IMG/VR virus record: IMGVR_UViG_3300013121_000002
Span: 1 to 43,975 of that record
DNA: 43,975 bases
Direction: 5' to 3' (one strand)
Source of the DNA: a virus
Lineage: Duplodnaviria; Heunggongvirae; Uroviricota; Caudoviricetes
In this document: positions 10,096 through 20,769 of the stretch, in pieces
Numbering within the stretch: position 1 is the stretch's first letter
How the letters are laid out: each line of letters starts with the position of its first letter
Program-made: the position numbers and the translations under genes
Notes under the pieces: model-generated
Databases searched by the model: none
The model's input: the letters and a program-made list of their open reading frames with translations, nothing else
Told to the model about the DNA's origin: nothing

Positions 10096-13000
10096 CTACG
10101 TCCAAGTGAATTTGATGCGGCCGACCGCGCCGAGGCCGCCTTGAATATTGCCCACGCCGCGCGTACCGCCTGCGCCAACGACGAGGTCGAGTACGGTGCC
10201 TGTTGCGATGTCGCCGAAATTGTAGGTTTTCGTTACCTTGTCGCCGCCTGCGCCACCGCCACCAACAGCTTTGAAGTAGTTGATAGCACCGCTGCCGCCG
10301 CCACCCGGTGCCGCGCCGGGGTTGCCCTCCTTATCGCCCCCGTAGCTCGCGACCGAAGCACCACCAGCACCTCCATCCGCGCCACCACCATCGCCACCAG
10401 CACCTTGCGGAGATGCGAGATTAAAGCTGTCCTCGCTGCCGTTCGTACCGTGCTCGCCGTCATCGATGGTGCCGCCCACTGCGGTCGAGGAGCCGTCCGT
10501 GCCACCGCGGGGCGGATTGGACGACATGCGCGTACCTTCACCGCCCTGTCCACCTGCTGCCGTCAGCGAGAGAGCGGCGATGGTCGTGTCGCCGCCCGTA
10601 CCACCGCGCGCCGTCGAGTAGAGCGCCGAACCACCACCGCCACCGCCACCGCCCCACATTTCGATGGTGAGCGTTGTGAACACCGGCACGGTGAACGTGA
10701 ACGCGCCAGCGACGCTGTAGATTTCCTCGCCCGCCGTCGAAAGCGGGCCACCGTCGAGTGCTGCGGTCTTGCGCAGCGTGTGAATGATTAGCGGGTTGCC
10801 ATCACCATCAATGTCGATGACGAGGCAATCGACGATGGACACCGTCTCAGGCAGGACGGAAATGACGGGATCGTCGCCGAGATAGTTTGCATCCCACGTC
10901 AAATCCCAACCGCCAGTACCGTTCTGCTCGAAAATGTGCCGCCATTCGAAACCGGGCTGTGCGCCGACCGGAAGCTCAACGCTGGCATCCGCGGTCAGCA
11001 GCGTGTGGTAGACGAGGCGACGCGAGGACAGGTTCGGAGTGATGCTCCCGCTAACGATTGGAATTTCATAGGGCCGATCAGCGACGCCAAACTGATAAGC
11101 CGGGAGCACGACGCCGTTGACGACGATGTCAACGTACTGCGCCTCCATGACGATGCGCGAGTAGTACATATCGAGCGTTGTGTCGTAGTAGGCGACCAGC
11201 GACAGCGACGCCTCGGCCGCCTCACCGCCGATGCCAGCCTTCGCCTGAAACTGCACCTGACCGACCGCACCCTCGGGCAGCGACCCGGCGATCATGCGGA
11301 ACGATGTGGTCGCTTCACCAGCTTCCGAGATCGCAAACAAATCGACGAAGAACTCGGCGATGGCGCTGTTGATGCCGGTGATCGCCAGCGCGTTCTGCTC
11401 GATCCCGGCAAGGTTCTCGCCGTAGCGCGAGCCGACGCCCGTGCGCAGCCAGCCAAGCTGCTCCTGAATGGTCGCCGTCTGCGCCGCGAGCGCACCGGAG
11501 ATCACATTCAAGTCCTCGCGCAGCGTGGCGAGATCGACTGGAATCTGCTCCTCGATCTGCTGGAGCCGCGCCGCGATAGCTGCGACCACCATGTCCTCGG
11601 TGATGCGCGCATCAGGCGTAGTGAACGGTAGCCATGCCGACCACTCGGTCGTGCGCTGACTGCCGGGTATGTAGATGCCACGCGCCTCGTAGCTGGTGAT
11701 CGACAGGAGGCTCTGCGTGATGACCGCGGTGCCATCCTCCCAGTTCGCTGTCGTGCCGTCGATAACCAGCGACTGGTCCGCCGCCAGCCTGATCTGGAAA
11801 CGAATGCCGATCACGTCATCAACGTCGGCTGCCCACGTTAGCTCAACGCCCGGACGGCGCTGACCGCTGTCACCCTCGACGAGCACACCACTCACCGACC
11901 ACCCGCTGATCGCCTGTGAAGCTGGCAGGATGCGCGTCGGCGGGAAAAAGCTGACGAGAACTTCATCGGTGCCCGGCGTCCAGTCGTAGGCGTTCGGGTC
12001 CAGTTCCTTGATGCCAACGTCGATGTCGAGGTTGCTGTAGTCCATGACCTCCAGCACCTCGAACGCCTTGTTGACGTAACCGTTGCGCGTGCTGGTCCAG
12101 ACCACTGTGTCAAGCGGTTCGAGAAGAAACGCATCGGGCGGCAGCGGCAGACCATGCTGACGAAATGCGCGCTCCTCGTTGAGGATTGCCGACTGAAGCC
12201 GCTGCACCTGCGTGACCGACAGCACTGTGTCGAACGCGATATTGGCAAGCTGCCGCCGACCATCGTCCTCCGCTTCAAGATCGGAGCGCAGAAGCTGCGG
12301 CGCGTCGGCGAGGGTCCAGCCCTCCTCAGTGCTCAGGTACTGGGCAGCGATGCCGTTGACCGCCGCCGCAAGCGACGGGAACGGATCGAACTCCTGCGGC
12401 TTGTTGATGAGCGTGTCGTCGTCAGTAAACGAAAACACCGACGCTGGCGGCGCACCGACCCTGATCTTGAAGCCGCTGCCGATCTCCGCGAGCCGACCGT
12501 TACATGCTGCCAGCAGGCGCTCGATGACCTCGGCTGGCTCGTCGTCGAAGCGTACCGTGATGCCAGCCTCGAACTGTGTCTCGGTGCCGCCGACCTTGTC
12601 CACCGTAACGTCGCACTCAGCCATCGCTGCGGCCCACGACGTGTAGGGCAGCGACAGCGCACCGATGGTCTGGCCGCCGAAAGTCCACTCATAGGGCGAG
12701 GGTAGCGTGTAACGAATGCCCCGGATGATGTTGTAGATCGCCACGGCCGGGTTGGTCGGACCATCGGCATCATCCCACGTCGAGGCATCATCCCAACGCT
12801 GCGTGCCAGCGCCACCAGCCGAGCCATCACCACGCACGTCGTAAAGTGGGATGCCATCGAGAATGAACAGCAGTTGTGGGAAACCGGAGAACAGCTTGTC
12901 GTTCACCCGGCAGGTCACCACAGCGTAGGCTACGCCACGGCCGATACGATCCGCCTTGTAGGGCCGGTCGGCGTCACCATTGAACTTTGACACCAGCAGC

Positions 13001-13548
13001 GGATCAGCGGCGGCCTGCGTGCCGTCGTAAAAATTGACCCACATATAATTGGTGCCATCAACCTCATATTCCGGCACCGGGATGCCCATCTGGCCGTCAG
13101 CCGGGTCGGTCTGATCCCACGTCGTTTTCTCGCCATTGACCCATAGTTCCGGGCACCCGGACACCGGCAGGTCGGACAGGGCGATAACGAATGAAATATA
13201 TGCGTTCGGCGTCTTGCCCGCCGTGCCCCACGAGTTGGCGTACACCAGCGACATTTCGGCCGGGAACCGACCCATGACAAAGCTGCGCGGCACGGTACCG
13301 CCGCTGAACATCCTGCCTGAAACGCCAGCCGCCTCGTCGGCACGGCGCTTCTCCAGAATCTTCTTCGATATGAACGAAAGCGCGAGGCCGACGCCGAGCT
13401 TGATGAGCGAAGCGACGACCGCGTGAACCTGTAGCCAGCCGATGACTGTACCAGCGATAGCAGCGGCCGGACCCGCCGCAGCCGGTTCGGCCGACGTGAT
13501 GAGCGCCGTCGATGCGAGCAGGAACAGCCCGAGCTTGCGGAGCATCAT
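10096..13548 (-). CDS. Tail tip / host-specificity protein (gpJ-like central fibre) with a glycine-rich C-terminal domain
   Basis: RSFVMGR, RGVAYAVVT, FDEPAEVIERLLAACNG, LLEPLD and FN3-like segments; C-terminal TIEMWGGGGGGG...GAGG domain; follows the NlpC-like gene. Confidence 0.85.
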   Translation of the reverse strand: MMLRKLGLFLLASTALITSAEPAAAGPAAAIAGTVIGWLQVHAVVASLIKLGVGLALSFISKKILEKRRADEAAGVSGRMFSGGTVPRSFVMGRFPAEMSLVYANSWGTAGKTPNAYISFVIALSDLPVSGCPELWVNGEKTTWDQTDPADGQMGIPVPEYEVDGTNYMWVNFYDGTQAAADPLLVSKFNGDADRPYKADRIGRGVAYAVVTCRVNDKLFSGFPQLLFILDGIPLYDVRGDGSAGGAGTQRWDDASTWDDADGPTNPAVAIYNIIRGIRYTLPSPYEWTFGGQTIGALSLPYTSWAAAMAECDVTVDKVGGTETQFEAGITVRFDDEPAEVIERLLAACNGRLAEIGSGFKIRVGAPPASVFSFTDDDTLINKPQEFDPFPSLAAAVNGIAAQYLSTEEGWTLADAPQLLRSDLEAEDDGRRQLANIAFDTVLSVTQVQRLQSAILNEERAFRQHGLPLPPDAFLLEPLDTVVWTSTRNGYVNKAFEVLEVMDYSNLDIDVGIKELDPNAYDWTPGTDEVLVSFFPPTRILPASQAISGWSVSGVLVEGDSGQRRPGVELTWAADVDDVIGIRFQIRLAADQSLVIDGTTANWEDGTAVITQSLLSITSYEARGIYIPGSQRTTEWSAWLPFTTPDARITEDMVVAAIAARLQQIEEQIPVDLATLREDLNVISGALAAQTATIQEQLGWLRTGVGSRYGENLAGIEQNALAITGINSAIAEFFVDLFAISEAGEATTSFRMIAGSLPEGAVGQVQFQAKAGIGGEAAEASLSLVAYYDTTLDMYYSRIVMEAQYVDIVVNGVVLPAYQFGVADRPYEIPIVSGSITPNLSSRRLVYHTLLTADASVELPVGAQPGFEWRHIFEQNGTGGWDLTWDANYLGDDPVISVLPETVSIVDCLVIDIDGDGNPLIIHTLRKTAALDGGPLSTAGEEIYSVAGAFTFTVPVFTTLTIEMWGGGGGGGGSALYSTARGGTGGDTTIAALSLTAAGGQGGEGTRMSSNPPRGGTDGSSTAVGGTIDDGEHGTNGSEDSFNLASPQGAGGDGGGADGGAGGASVASYGGDKEGNPGAAPGGGGSGAINYFKAVGGGGAGGDKVTKTYNFGDIATGTVLDLVVGAGGTRGVGNIQGGLGAVGRIKFTWT

Positions 13549-13958
13549 TCGATCCTGAATGCTATAAGCAATAGCTGGCGCGACCCAACGCCGAGCCCAC
13601 CATTGGGGCGAACCGCGAGCACCGTTTCGCCGTTGACGAGGCAGAACGAATGCTCGAACCGATCCGCGTTCGCGACCAACCCGATGTCACCGTAGACCGC
13701 CTCACGCACCGGGACGATCTTGCCAATTGTGCTGGCAAGCCCGAGGAGCGAGGAGAAGCCGTTCCGCTGGAGCAGGGCCTGTCCCTCATCCGCAGTACCG
13801 TAGCGGCCTCTGTAGGGCGCAGCAGGGTCCATTCCGGTCAGGGCGGTGATGCAGTCGCTGGCAAACAGCGCGCAGTCCGTCCGACCGAACACGAACGGTT
13901 GCCGCCGCCAGTGCTCGACCGTAGCCGCCAGCCGAGCGCGCCAGTCCGCGTGCCTCAT
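13545..13958 (-). CDS. NlpC/P60-like tail-tip assembly protein (DUF6950-type)
   Basis: W..RL...VE.WRRQPFVFGRTDCALFASDCI..LTG.DP motif. Confidence 0.85.
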   Translation of the reverse strand: MRHADWRARLAATVEHWRRQPFVFGRTDCALFASDCITALTGMDPAAPYRGRYGTADEGQALLQRNGFSSLLGLASTIGKIVPVREAVYGDIGLVANADRFEHSFCLVNGETVLAVRPNGGLGVGSRQLLLIAFRIE

Positions 13959-14668
13959 CGACCGAACCCTAAGAAATTACCGCGGCGAGCCTGCCGCCGC
14001 TCGCGCCAGCGCGCGAAGAACCCGGACTTGGCGGGCGTCGTATCGGCCTTGTCGGAGGTCTGGCCCCAGAACAGTTCCCAGTCGCCGACCGTCGCCGTGT
14101 CCTTGTAGAAGGCGTCGCTGGCGTCACGCCGCTTCTGATCCTCGTTGGAGCGCAGGCCGACGTTGGTGCGGGTCAACTCCCGCATCCGCGAAACGCAGGA
14201 CAGGGTGACGGTGCTCTCACCGCCTTCCTCGGCCGTGATGATCGGAGCCTCGTCGATCACGCCGACGAACCGCGGCTTTGCCGCGGCGACCGGCAGACCG
14301 GAATCAATCGAGATATAAACCCGGAAGATTTGGATGCGCCCATTGCGCACGCTGTGCCCGCGCACCATCGCCTCGACGACGGTATGCAGCGGCGACAGCG
14401 TGACATCGACCGGGCGGATCGAGAGGTCGGTCGTGAGTGTGATCGCGCCGATTTCGAGGATGGCACCGCTGCCGTAAAACGTCCGCTCCTCAGTCAGGCC
14501 GGTGATGCCATCGACCACCTCGAACGTAGTGATGCCGTCGTCAGCCCAAAAACCGTATTCGACCTCCTCATTCGTATTGCGGTCGAACGCGGTAATCGAA
14601 ATCAAATCGCGGGCACTTACGGTGCCCGCGGCGATGGCGACGAGTTCGGCGGCGTCGAGCGAACGCAT
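13955..14668 (-). CDS. Minor tail / tail-tip protein (gpL/DUF2163-like position)
   Basis: FWADDG, FYGSGAIL.IG, F.GVID.API, RSNEDQKRR..SDAFY motifs typical of alphaproteobacterial tail tips; synteny. Confidence 0.7.
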   Translation of the reverse strand: MRSLDAAELVAIAAGTVSARDLISITAFDRNTNEEVEYGFWADDGITTFEVVDGITGLTEERTFYGSGAILEIGAITLTTDLSIRPVDVTLSPLHTVVEAMVRGHSVRNGRIQIFRVYISIDSGLPVAAAKPRFVGVIDEAPIITAEEGGESTVTLSCVSRMRELTRTNVGLRSNEDQKRRDASDAFYKDTATVGDWELFWGQTSDKADTTPAKSGFFARWRERRQARRGNFLGFGR

Positions 14669-15300
14669 CAGATCACCTGAATGCCGGTGAAGCTGACCAC
14701 CGAAAACAGCCCGGAGGTCTGGACGTTGATCGAGCCCGGTACGATGCGCATTTCAGCAGCCGGGCGGATCAGGTACACGCGGTCGCCAGCGGCTGCTCCA
14801 TCGCGGATGTTGGGGCGAACCGCCAGCGAGCCGGTGACCCCACTGCCGTTCGCGACGCCGCTGCCGATCATTTGATGCAGTGCCCGCACCGCGGGTGAAC
14901 TGTAATCAAATGCGATGTAGTCGCGGTCGAGCGTATAGCCGCTCGGTAGCCCGTTCAGCCTGATGTGTTTGTTATCGACCACCTCCTCGATGAGAACGGT
15001 GGTGCTACCGCCGAGTATGCTGCCGGTCGGATCATCGCGTGGTGCGGTGCGCCGCGTGTCGTAGCAGTAGAACGTGTCGATGGAGCCTGCGAGGTTGAGG
15101 AGGTCCGCCTGCACATCGAGCGCGTCGTCGTGGTTGAGTTCCGCCGTCGTGATCTGCGCCGACCACAGCGGCGAGCGAAGCTCGCGCACGATCATTCGCC
15201 CGGAACCCTGCCCGCTCAGTTCCTGACCGAAGATCGGCATGAACGCCGCCGAGGCGACCTTAAGCCGGTCCATGAACTCGGTTGAGAGGAGCGCGGTCAT
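14668..15300 (-). CDS. Distal tail protein (Dit-like)
   Basis: Directly after the tape measure (TGATG coupling); QELSGQGSG..LW.A and P...R.GAA.G..V.LI.PAA.MR motifs. Confidence 0.7.
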   Translation of the reverse strand: MTALLSTEFMDRLKVASAAFMPIFGQELSGQGSGRMIVRELRSPLWSAQITTAELNHDDALDVQADLLNLAGSIDTFYCYDTRRTAPRDDPTGSILGGSTTVLIEEVVDNKHIRLNGLPSGYTLDRDYIAFDYSSPAVRALHQMIGSGVANGSGVTGSLAVRPNIRDGAAAGDRVYLIRPAAEMRIVPGSINVQTSGLFSVVSFTGIQVI

Positions 15301-18300
15301 CAGAATCTCCGGTTCGTCGCGTGCTTCGCCAGCGCGCCGGGGAGCATGTCGCGGAACTTGCGATCACGGATGTCGAGCAGCCGCCCGATCTGCGCTTCGG
15401 TGAGGTTTGAGCCCTGCGCGTTGATGTGTGTGACGGGCGCGAAAATGAATGCGCCCCCGCCGCCACCGTGACCGACCATGCCGCCGTAAGCGAAGCTCGG
15501 CATGGAGTTGTCGTTGATCGCCCGCAGCAGCGGCAGGTTCCGCGCCGTCGAGGCTGCGTTGACTATGAACTCGCCCGGCGACGCGCGGATCAGAAGGTTG
15601 TCGGAAGTGCCGGTGCCCGGCCCGCTGAGCAGGCCACCTGTCGCACCGCCACCCACGGTGCCGGGCGTCACCCCAGCAATGACGCCAAATGCCGCTGCCA
15701 GCAACGGATGATCGCTGCCGATGGCACCAGCCAACTTGGCGAACAGCGCATTGATTAGCGCGTTGAGCGCCATGTCGATCAGGCGGTCGGCCAGTCGGCC
15801 GAACGCTTCACCCAGCGCCTCGACGAACGTCGCGCCCTGACGCATCGAGCCAATGATCGTGCCGAGGAAGTCGCGCGCCGCGTCCTTCCAGTTGTTGAAC
15901 CGCTCCTCGGCTTCCGCAACCTTCTTGGCGTAGGCGTCGGCCTCGTCGGCTGCGATGCGCCAGCCTTCGGCCGCACCCTCCAGCGCGAGCCTCTGTGCGT
16001 CTGTGACGGTGATCCCGGCGTCGGCAGCAGCATTGATTTGTTCCTGCACCATGAGGTACGCCTTGGCCTCATTGGTCGCCATGCCGCGCGTCGCGGCTTC
16101 CTGCTCCAGCGCGCGGGTCTGTTCAGTGATGCTGGCGAGCGCGTCGTCGAACGACCACGACGGACCACCACCACCACCACCGATGCCACTAGGCTTTAGG
16201 CCCGAATTTAGCTTCGGGTCAGCCGGGGTAACTCCTTCAGGAGGTCCGCCAGCAAGGGCTGTCTTGACCGCCATGATCTGCTGACTGGTTGTCGCGGCAA
16301 CCAACGCGATTTGGTACAGAGACTCAATGACAGCCTTATTGTTTAGCCCCTTGTCGAGCGCCATTTGCAAAGCGTCGAGCGCGATGCCAAATGTGTCAGT
16401 TGTACCCGCCGCCTGATTATTAGCCGCAGCAAGCGTATAGAGGTCGGTGATGAGTTGGTTCACCCCCGGAGTGACATCCGAAAGGAACTGCGCCAAATCA
16501 TTATCACCGGGATTAGCGCGCCCGAGGAGAGCAAGCTGTTCAACCAGTTCCGTCGAACGCTCGGTGAGCGTTTGAACTGGCACTGTCGAATCTTTTAGTT
16601 CCTGCTGAATCGTTCCAGCAAAATCACTAACCAGCGCACGCGCTTCAATAAATGCCTCACTCAGTTTCGCAGTAGCCTTATCCGTTGCTTCGACCGGCGC
16701 AGATTCCTCCAGCGTCGTCGTCAATGCCGCAGCGTTATCGTTTGCAACCGTAACCGCGTCAGCCACGTCCGCAGTCGCAGCCGCCGCCTCAGGCGCGACC
16801 TGCGCCACAGTGCGCATAGCCTCGGCGACCGCCTCAAGCTCACCAGCGTCATAAACGCCGACACCCGACTGCCCGTAGATCGACTGGTAATCCTCGTCGC
16901 CGCCCGGCCCAGTGATGGATGGTCCCCGCTGCTGCGGCCAATTCGCTTCCAGCATAGCCATGTTCGCCAGCCATGCGGCGCTGGTTGCATCCCGAGCCGA
17001 CAGCTTGCTGTCGAGCGGTGCAGGCGTGCCGGGCGTCACTGGCGTCCGCGTCTTGATGCCGAGGCCAACGGTTGCGGCGTAGGTCGCCTGAATAACCTCA
17101 TCAATCGCGTTTGCAGTGAGGACACCCGCACCAACCATGAGCCGGTCGATGAGAGAACCACCTGCCGAAATTCCGGGCACGGGCGTAGCGGTCCCAGTGC
17201 GCAGCACAGCGCGCACCGCAGCCGTCGCATCGACCCCGCTCTGCAACATGGCATCGAAGGCACTATCAACCGCTACGGCAGCGACCGCTGCACCCTTACT
17301 GTAGATCGCGTTGAAGTCCTCGTCGCCACCGGGTCCAGCGATAGAGCCCCCCGGACGGTTCATCGCCCACTGCTGCGTCGTCGGCACCAGCGACGGCTGC
17401 ACCGGCCGCCAGCCTGCGGGCTTATAAGGCGTGTTGGCGTAAGCCGTGCCCTGACGGCCCATCCACATATCCGGGGCGAGCGTGCCGCCCACGATGGTGT
17501 TGTCGAAAATGTTTGCGATGCGCGCCAAGTCGGCGGCCAGCCCAACCGCCGCAGCGGTTGACTGCACCACCCCAGCCATCTTCTCTGGGGTGAGCGTACC
17601 AACCCCAGCGATGAGGCTGCCAATGCCCCCATCGCCAAACGAAAAGGCCGCGGCACCCGGCGCAGCCCCGGTGCGCAGCACTGCCACCTTCTCCATCCGC
17701 ACGAACGTCTCGGCAGCCGCCGCCGTCGCTTGAATCAATTCGTCAATCTTCGCCGGGTCGATGAGGCCCCACTGTGACTGCTTCTCGGAAGCCACTCGAT
17801 CCTTGTAGCTGTAGGACACGCCCTGACCCGCCGCAGTGCGCAGCAGGTAGGTGACGGCCGGGTTGACCCCTGCCGCGGCACCAAGGCCCTCGATGCCCGC
17901 CTGCGCAACGCCAGTCGCCGCGGCCGAGCCTGCGTGTCCGGGAGCCGACATCAGCGCCAACGGCAGGAAACGAACGATCTGCGACGCGAGCGCCCCGGCA
18001 GTTTCCGCGCCCCACGAACTGCTGAAGTGCTCGACCACCATCGACTGGATGCTGTCGGTGAACTTCTCCAGCGAGGTCGGCTCAAAGCCACGGCCGGTCA
18101 GCGCCTCCATGCCCTGACGAATAAGGCGCGACACGATGCCGGGCAGCGCGAGCGAATCGGCGACCGCCTGCACCATGCCGTTGAAGATACCGACAACGAC
18201 TTCGTTGACGAAGGCGTTCAGGTTCTCCTCGAATGTCGGAAGGTTTTGATTAGCCGCCCAATCAGTCGGCGAGGGTGCCAGTGGATCACCCGGCATCCAA

Positions 18301-20768
18301 GGAGCCATCTGCAAGGCATCCTTACCGCTGCTCCACATCTGCTTGGTGCGGCTACTACCACCACCAGCCCCGGTGATCGCGCTGGTCAGATTGTCGATGG
18401 AGCCCTTGAGGTCGTAATTCGACTGCACCAACGGGTCGATGGCTTCCTCGACCGGAGGAACATCCCCAGCGAGCGCCCGCAGCGATTCGAGCAGTGCAGG
18501 CAGTCGATTGTTCATCAGATCGTTTACGGCAGCGGCGCGCGTCGATTCCTCAAGGTAGGCGGCATACTGCGGCCGACCCGTCATGGCGAGTTCGCCGATC
18601 CGCCCGAGCGCATCCAAATGCGCCTGTAGAGCATCAACGACCTGCTTCTCGCCGTTCAGGATCGAGGCGACCATCTGTTCATGCGCGGTCTGCACAATCT
18701 CGAACGCGTTGCCAACGTCGCCGCCCTGATCGACGATCTCCTGTAGCTGGCTAACGATTGTGTCGTAGTAGACCTGCGCCTCGTACAGCGCCTGCTCCTG
18801 CGCCGTGCGCAGCGTCGCGGCTCCCTCCTCGGCGTACTCCTGCACGAGTTCGAGGACATCGCGCTCACCCTGCTCGATGAGGCGGTTACGCGCGTCGATG
18901 AAGCCCTCGAACACCTTGAACAACTGCGCGTAGGCAGGCGTACCGGACAGCGCGGTAAGCTCATCCCAAATCGTCGAGAAATCGCCAGTTTCCAAACCAG
19001 CCAGCAAACCAGCAGGCATGGCCCGGCCCAACGAGCCATCCTCATTTTTGATTTTGCCGTAAAGGTCAGTAAGCGCATCCGACGCCAGCTTGATCGCCTG
19101 CTCCATCGCCGTCAGTTCGACAACACCGATTTCACCGAGGTCGGATACGGCATCCTCCACCAGCGTCATGCTGCCGACTAGCTGGCCGAGCGCGGAAGCT
19201 GTTGCATCAGCACTCGCCGGGCCGATGTGGAACATTTCGCGCAGTTGATCGACGACAGCCTTCGTGCTCTCCGACAAGTCGTCGTAATAGGGCTCGACGT
19301 TCTGCACCGCCTCAATCAGCACGCGCTCGGCCGACGCAGCCGTCGTTGACATATCAATGAGGTTGTTCACAAAACCGATAAACAAATCTGAATTGTCAAA
19401 ATCGTTCGCTGCCTCGGCAATCCCTTCAAGCCGCGTCTTGAAGTCGGAAGCATTGATGATGTTCGACTGGAACAAGAAGTCAGCCATCTGAAGCTGACCG
19501 ACCAGTGACCGAACAGAATCAAATCCCGAAAACTCAAGATTGGTCCCGGCAAACGCTGCGCTGATTTCGCCACGCGCTGACGTGTAAGCTCGCCGCTGCG
19601 CATCCAGATTTCGTGTCACATCGCTCAGGGTCAAACCCTCAAGCGCATCGCGCCACATGCGCACGTCACCAGCCGCCGACTGGTAAGCGGTGCGGATTTG
19701 CTCCGTGATCTTCCGATGCTCCTCAAGGCGCTTGTTAGCTGCCTCGGCGCTGGCAGAAACCAGACCAAGCCACGAACCAATTCCAACACCGGCAACCAGA
19801 CCGAGGGGGCCGCCAGCAATCAAGCCAGCAAGGCCGCCGAGCACAGGCGTAACCTTAGACAGGTTATCGGAAATACTAATGATTAGCTTGGCGATGCCGC
19901 CAAACACGCCGGTCCCCTGCTCAAACCTGTCAAGCAGTTGCATCCATGAGTTACGGATGAGAATGAAAGCGTCGCCCACGGTAGCAGGCATCGCGTCTGC
20001 TTCCTGACGAAGCTGCTCCATCGCCCCGATCAGCGAGCGCGAAATGATCTCGGCAGTGATCTTGCCTTCCGAGCCAAGGCGCTTGAGTTCAATACTCGCG
20101 ACCCCCATGCTTTCGGCGATCAGCGACACAACACGATCACCGCTCTCCAGCACGGACTGGAGGTTATGCCCCTGCAACACGCCGAGCGACATCGCCTGCG
20201 TCAGCGCGTTCTGAACCCGCGCAGCGCGCTCACCGCGCGCACCGGACACGACCAGCGCATTGTTCAATGCCTCGGTAAAATCGAGGGTCTGCTGCATCGA
20301 GTAGCCGAGGTCGGACAGCACCCGATTATTGCGCAGGAACGTCTCAGCCGTTTGCTCGAACGACGAATAGGTACGCCGGGCAATGGTCTGTAGCCGATCC
20401 ATCGTCGCGGTCGTTTCACTCGTGTCCCTTGTCAGGTTCTGAATGCGCGAGCGAAGATCGGTGACCGCATTGGTCAAGCTAACAATTTCACGCACGCCAA
20501 GGCCCAACCCAACCGCCGCGGCGAGGTTGCGAACTTGCATAGCGATGTTGGTGAAGGAACCCGCGATGGTCTGGTTGGCAGCGGCGACACGCTGCGCTGC
20601 ACCAGTAACGTCATTTGAGAACTGCCGGGTCGCTGCCCCGACAGAGCTATAGCCGCGTGCGGCTTCCTGCTCGAACGCGGACACCATCGCCCGAGCTTGG
20701 GCGAGGCCCTGCTGAAGCCCTGTCAGGTCCGCGTTGATGCGGACTGAGGCGATACCGGCGACTTCCAT
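15300..20768 (-). CDS. Tape measure protein (1822 aa)
   Basis: Very long Ala/Gly-rich helical ORF after the chaperones; N-terminal tape-measure motif (ALTQAMSLGVLQGHNLQSVLE); C-terminal GATGGLLSGPGTGTSDNLLIRASPGEFIVNA. Confidence 0.93.
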   Translation of the reverse strand: MEVAGIASVRINADLTGLQQGLAQARAMVSAFEQEAARGYSSVGAATRQFSNDVTGAAQRVAAANQTIAGSFTNIAMQVRNLAAAVGLGLGVREIVSLTNAVTDLRSRIQNLTRDTSETTATMDRLQTIARRTYSSFEQTAETFLRNNRVLSDLGYSMQQTLDFTEALNNALVVSGARGERAARVQNALTQAMSLGVLQGHNLQSVLESGDRVVSLIAESMGVASIELKRLGSEGKITAEIISRSLIGAMEQLRQEADAMPATVGDAFILIRNSWMQLLDRFEQGTGVFGGIAKLIISISDNLSKVTPVLGGLAGLIAGGPLGLVAGVGIGSWLGLVSASAEAANKRLEEHRKITEQIRTAYQSAAGDVRMWRDALEGLTLSDVTRNLDAQRRAYTSARGEISAAFAGTNLEFSGFDSVRSLVGQLQMADFLFQSNIINASDFKTRLEGIAEAANDFDNSDLFIGFVNNLIDMSTTAASAERVLIEAVQNVEPYYDDLSESTKAVVDQLREMFHIGPASADATASALGQLVGSMTLVEDAVSDLGEIGVVELTAMEQAIKLASDALTDLYGKIKNEDGSLGRAMPAGLLAGLETGDFSTIWDELTALSGTPAYAQLFKVFEGFIDARNRLIEQGERDVLELVQEYAEEGAATLRTAQEQALYEAQVYYDTIVSQLQEIVDQGGDVGNAFEIVQTAHEQMVASILNGEKQVVDALQAHLDALGRIGELAMTGRPQYAAYLEESTRAAAVNDLMNNRLPALLESLRALAGDVPPVEEAIDPLVQSNYDLKGSIDNLTSAITGAGGGSSRTKQMWSSGKDALQMAPWMPGDPLAPSPTDWAANQNLPTFEENLNAFVNEVVVGIFNGMVQAVADSLALPGIVSRLIRQGMEALTGRGFEPTSLEKFTDSIQSMVVEHFSSSWGAETAGALASQIVRFLPLALMSAPGHAGSAAATGVAQAGIEGLGAAAGVNPAVTYLLRTAAGQGVSYSYKDRVASEKQSQWGLIDPAKIDELIQATAAAAETFVRMEKVAVLRTGAAPGAAAFSFGDGGIGSLIAGVGTLTPEKMAGVVQSTAAAVGLAADLARIANIFDNTIVGGTLAPDMWMGRQGTAYANTPYKPAGWRPVQPSLVPTTQQWAMNRPGGSIAGPGGDEDFNAIYSKGAAVAAVAVDSAFDAMLQSGVDATAAVRAVLRTGTATPVPGISAGGSLIDRLMVGAGVLTANAIDEVIQATYAATVGLGIKTRTPVTPGTPAPLDSKLSARDATSAAWLANMAMLEANWPQQRGPSITGPGGDEDYQSIYGQSGVGVYDAGELEAVAEAMRTVAQVAPEAAAATADVADAVTVANDNAAALTTTLEESAPVEATDKATAKLSEAFIEARALVSDFAGTIQQELKDSTVPVQTLTERSTELVEQLALLGRANPGDNDLAQFLSDVTPGVNQLITDLYTLAAANNQAAGTTDTFGIALDALQMALDKGLNNKAVIESLYQIALVAATTSQQIMAVKTALAGGPPEGVTPADPKLNSGLKPSGIGGGGGGPSWSFDDALASITEQTRALEQEAATRGMATNEAKAYLMVQEQINAAADAGITVTDAQRLALEGAAEGWRIAADEADAYAKKVAEAEERFNNWKDAARDFLGTIIGSMRQGATFVEALGEAFGRLADRLIDMALNALINALFAKLAGAIGSDHPLLAAAFGVIAGVTPGTVGGGATGGLLSGPGTGTSDNLLIRASPGEFIVNAASTARNLPLLRAINDNSMPSFAYGGMVGHGGGGGAFIFAPVTHINAQGSNLTEAQIGRLLDIRDRKFRDMLPGALAKHATNRRF

Positions 20769-20769
20769 C

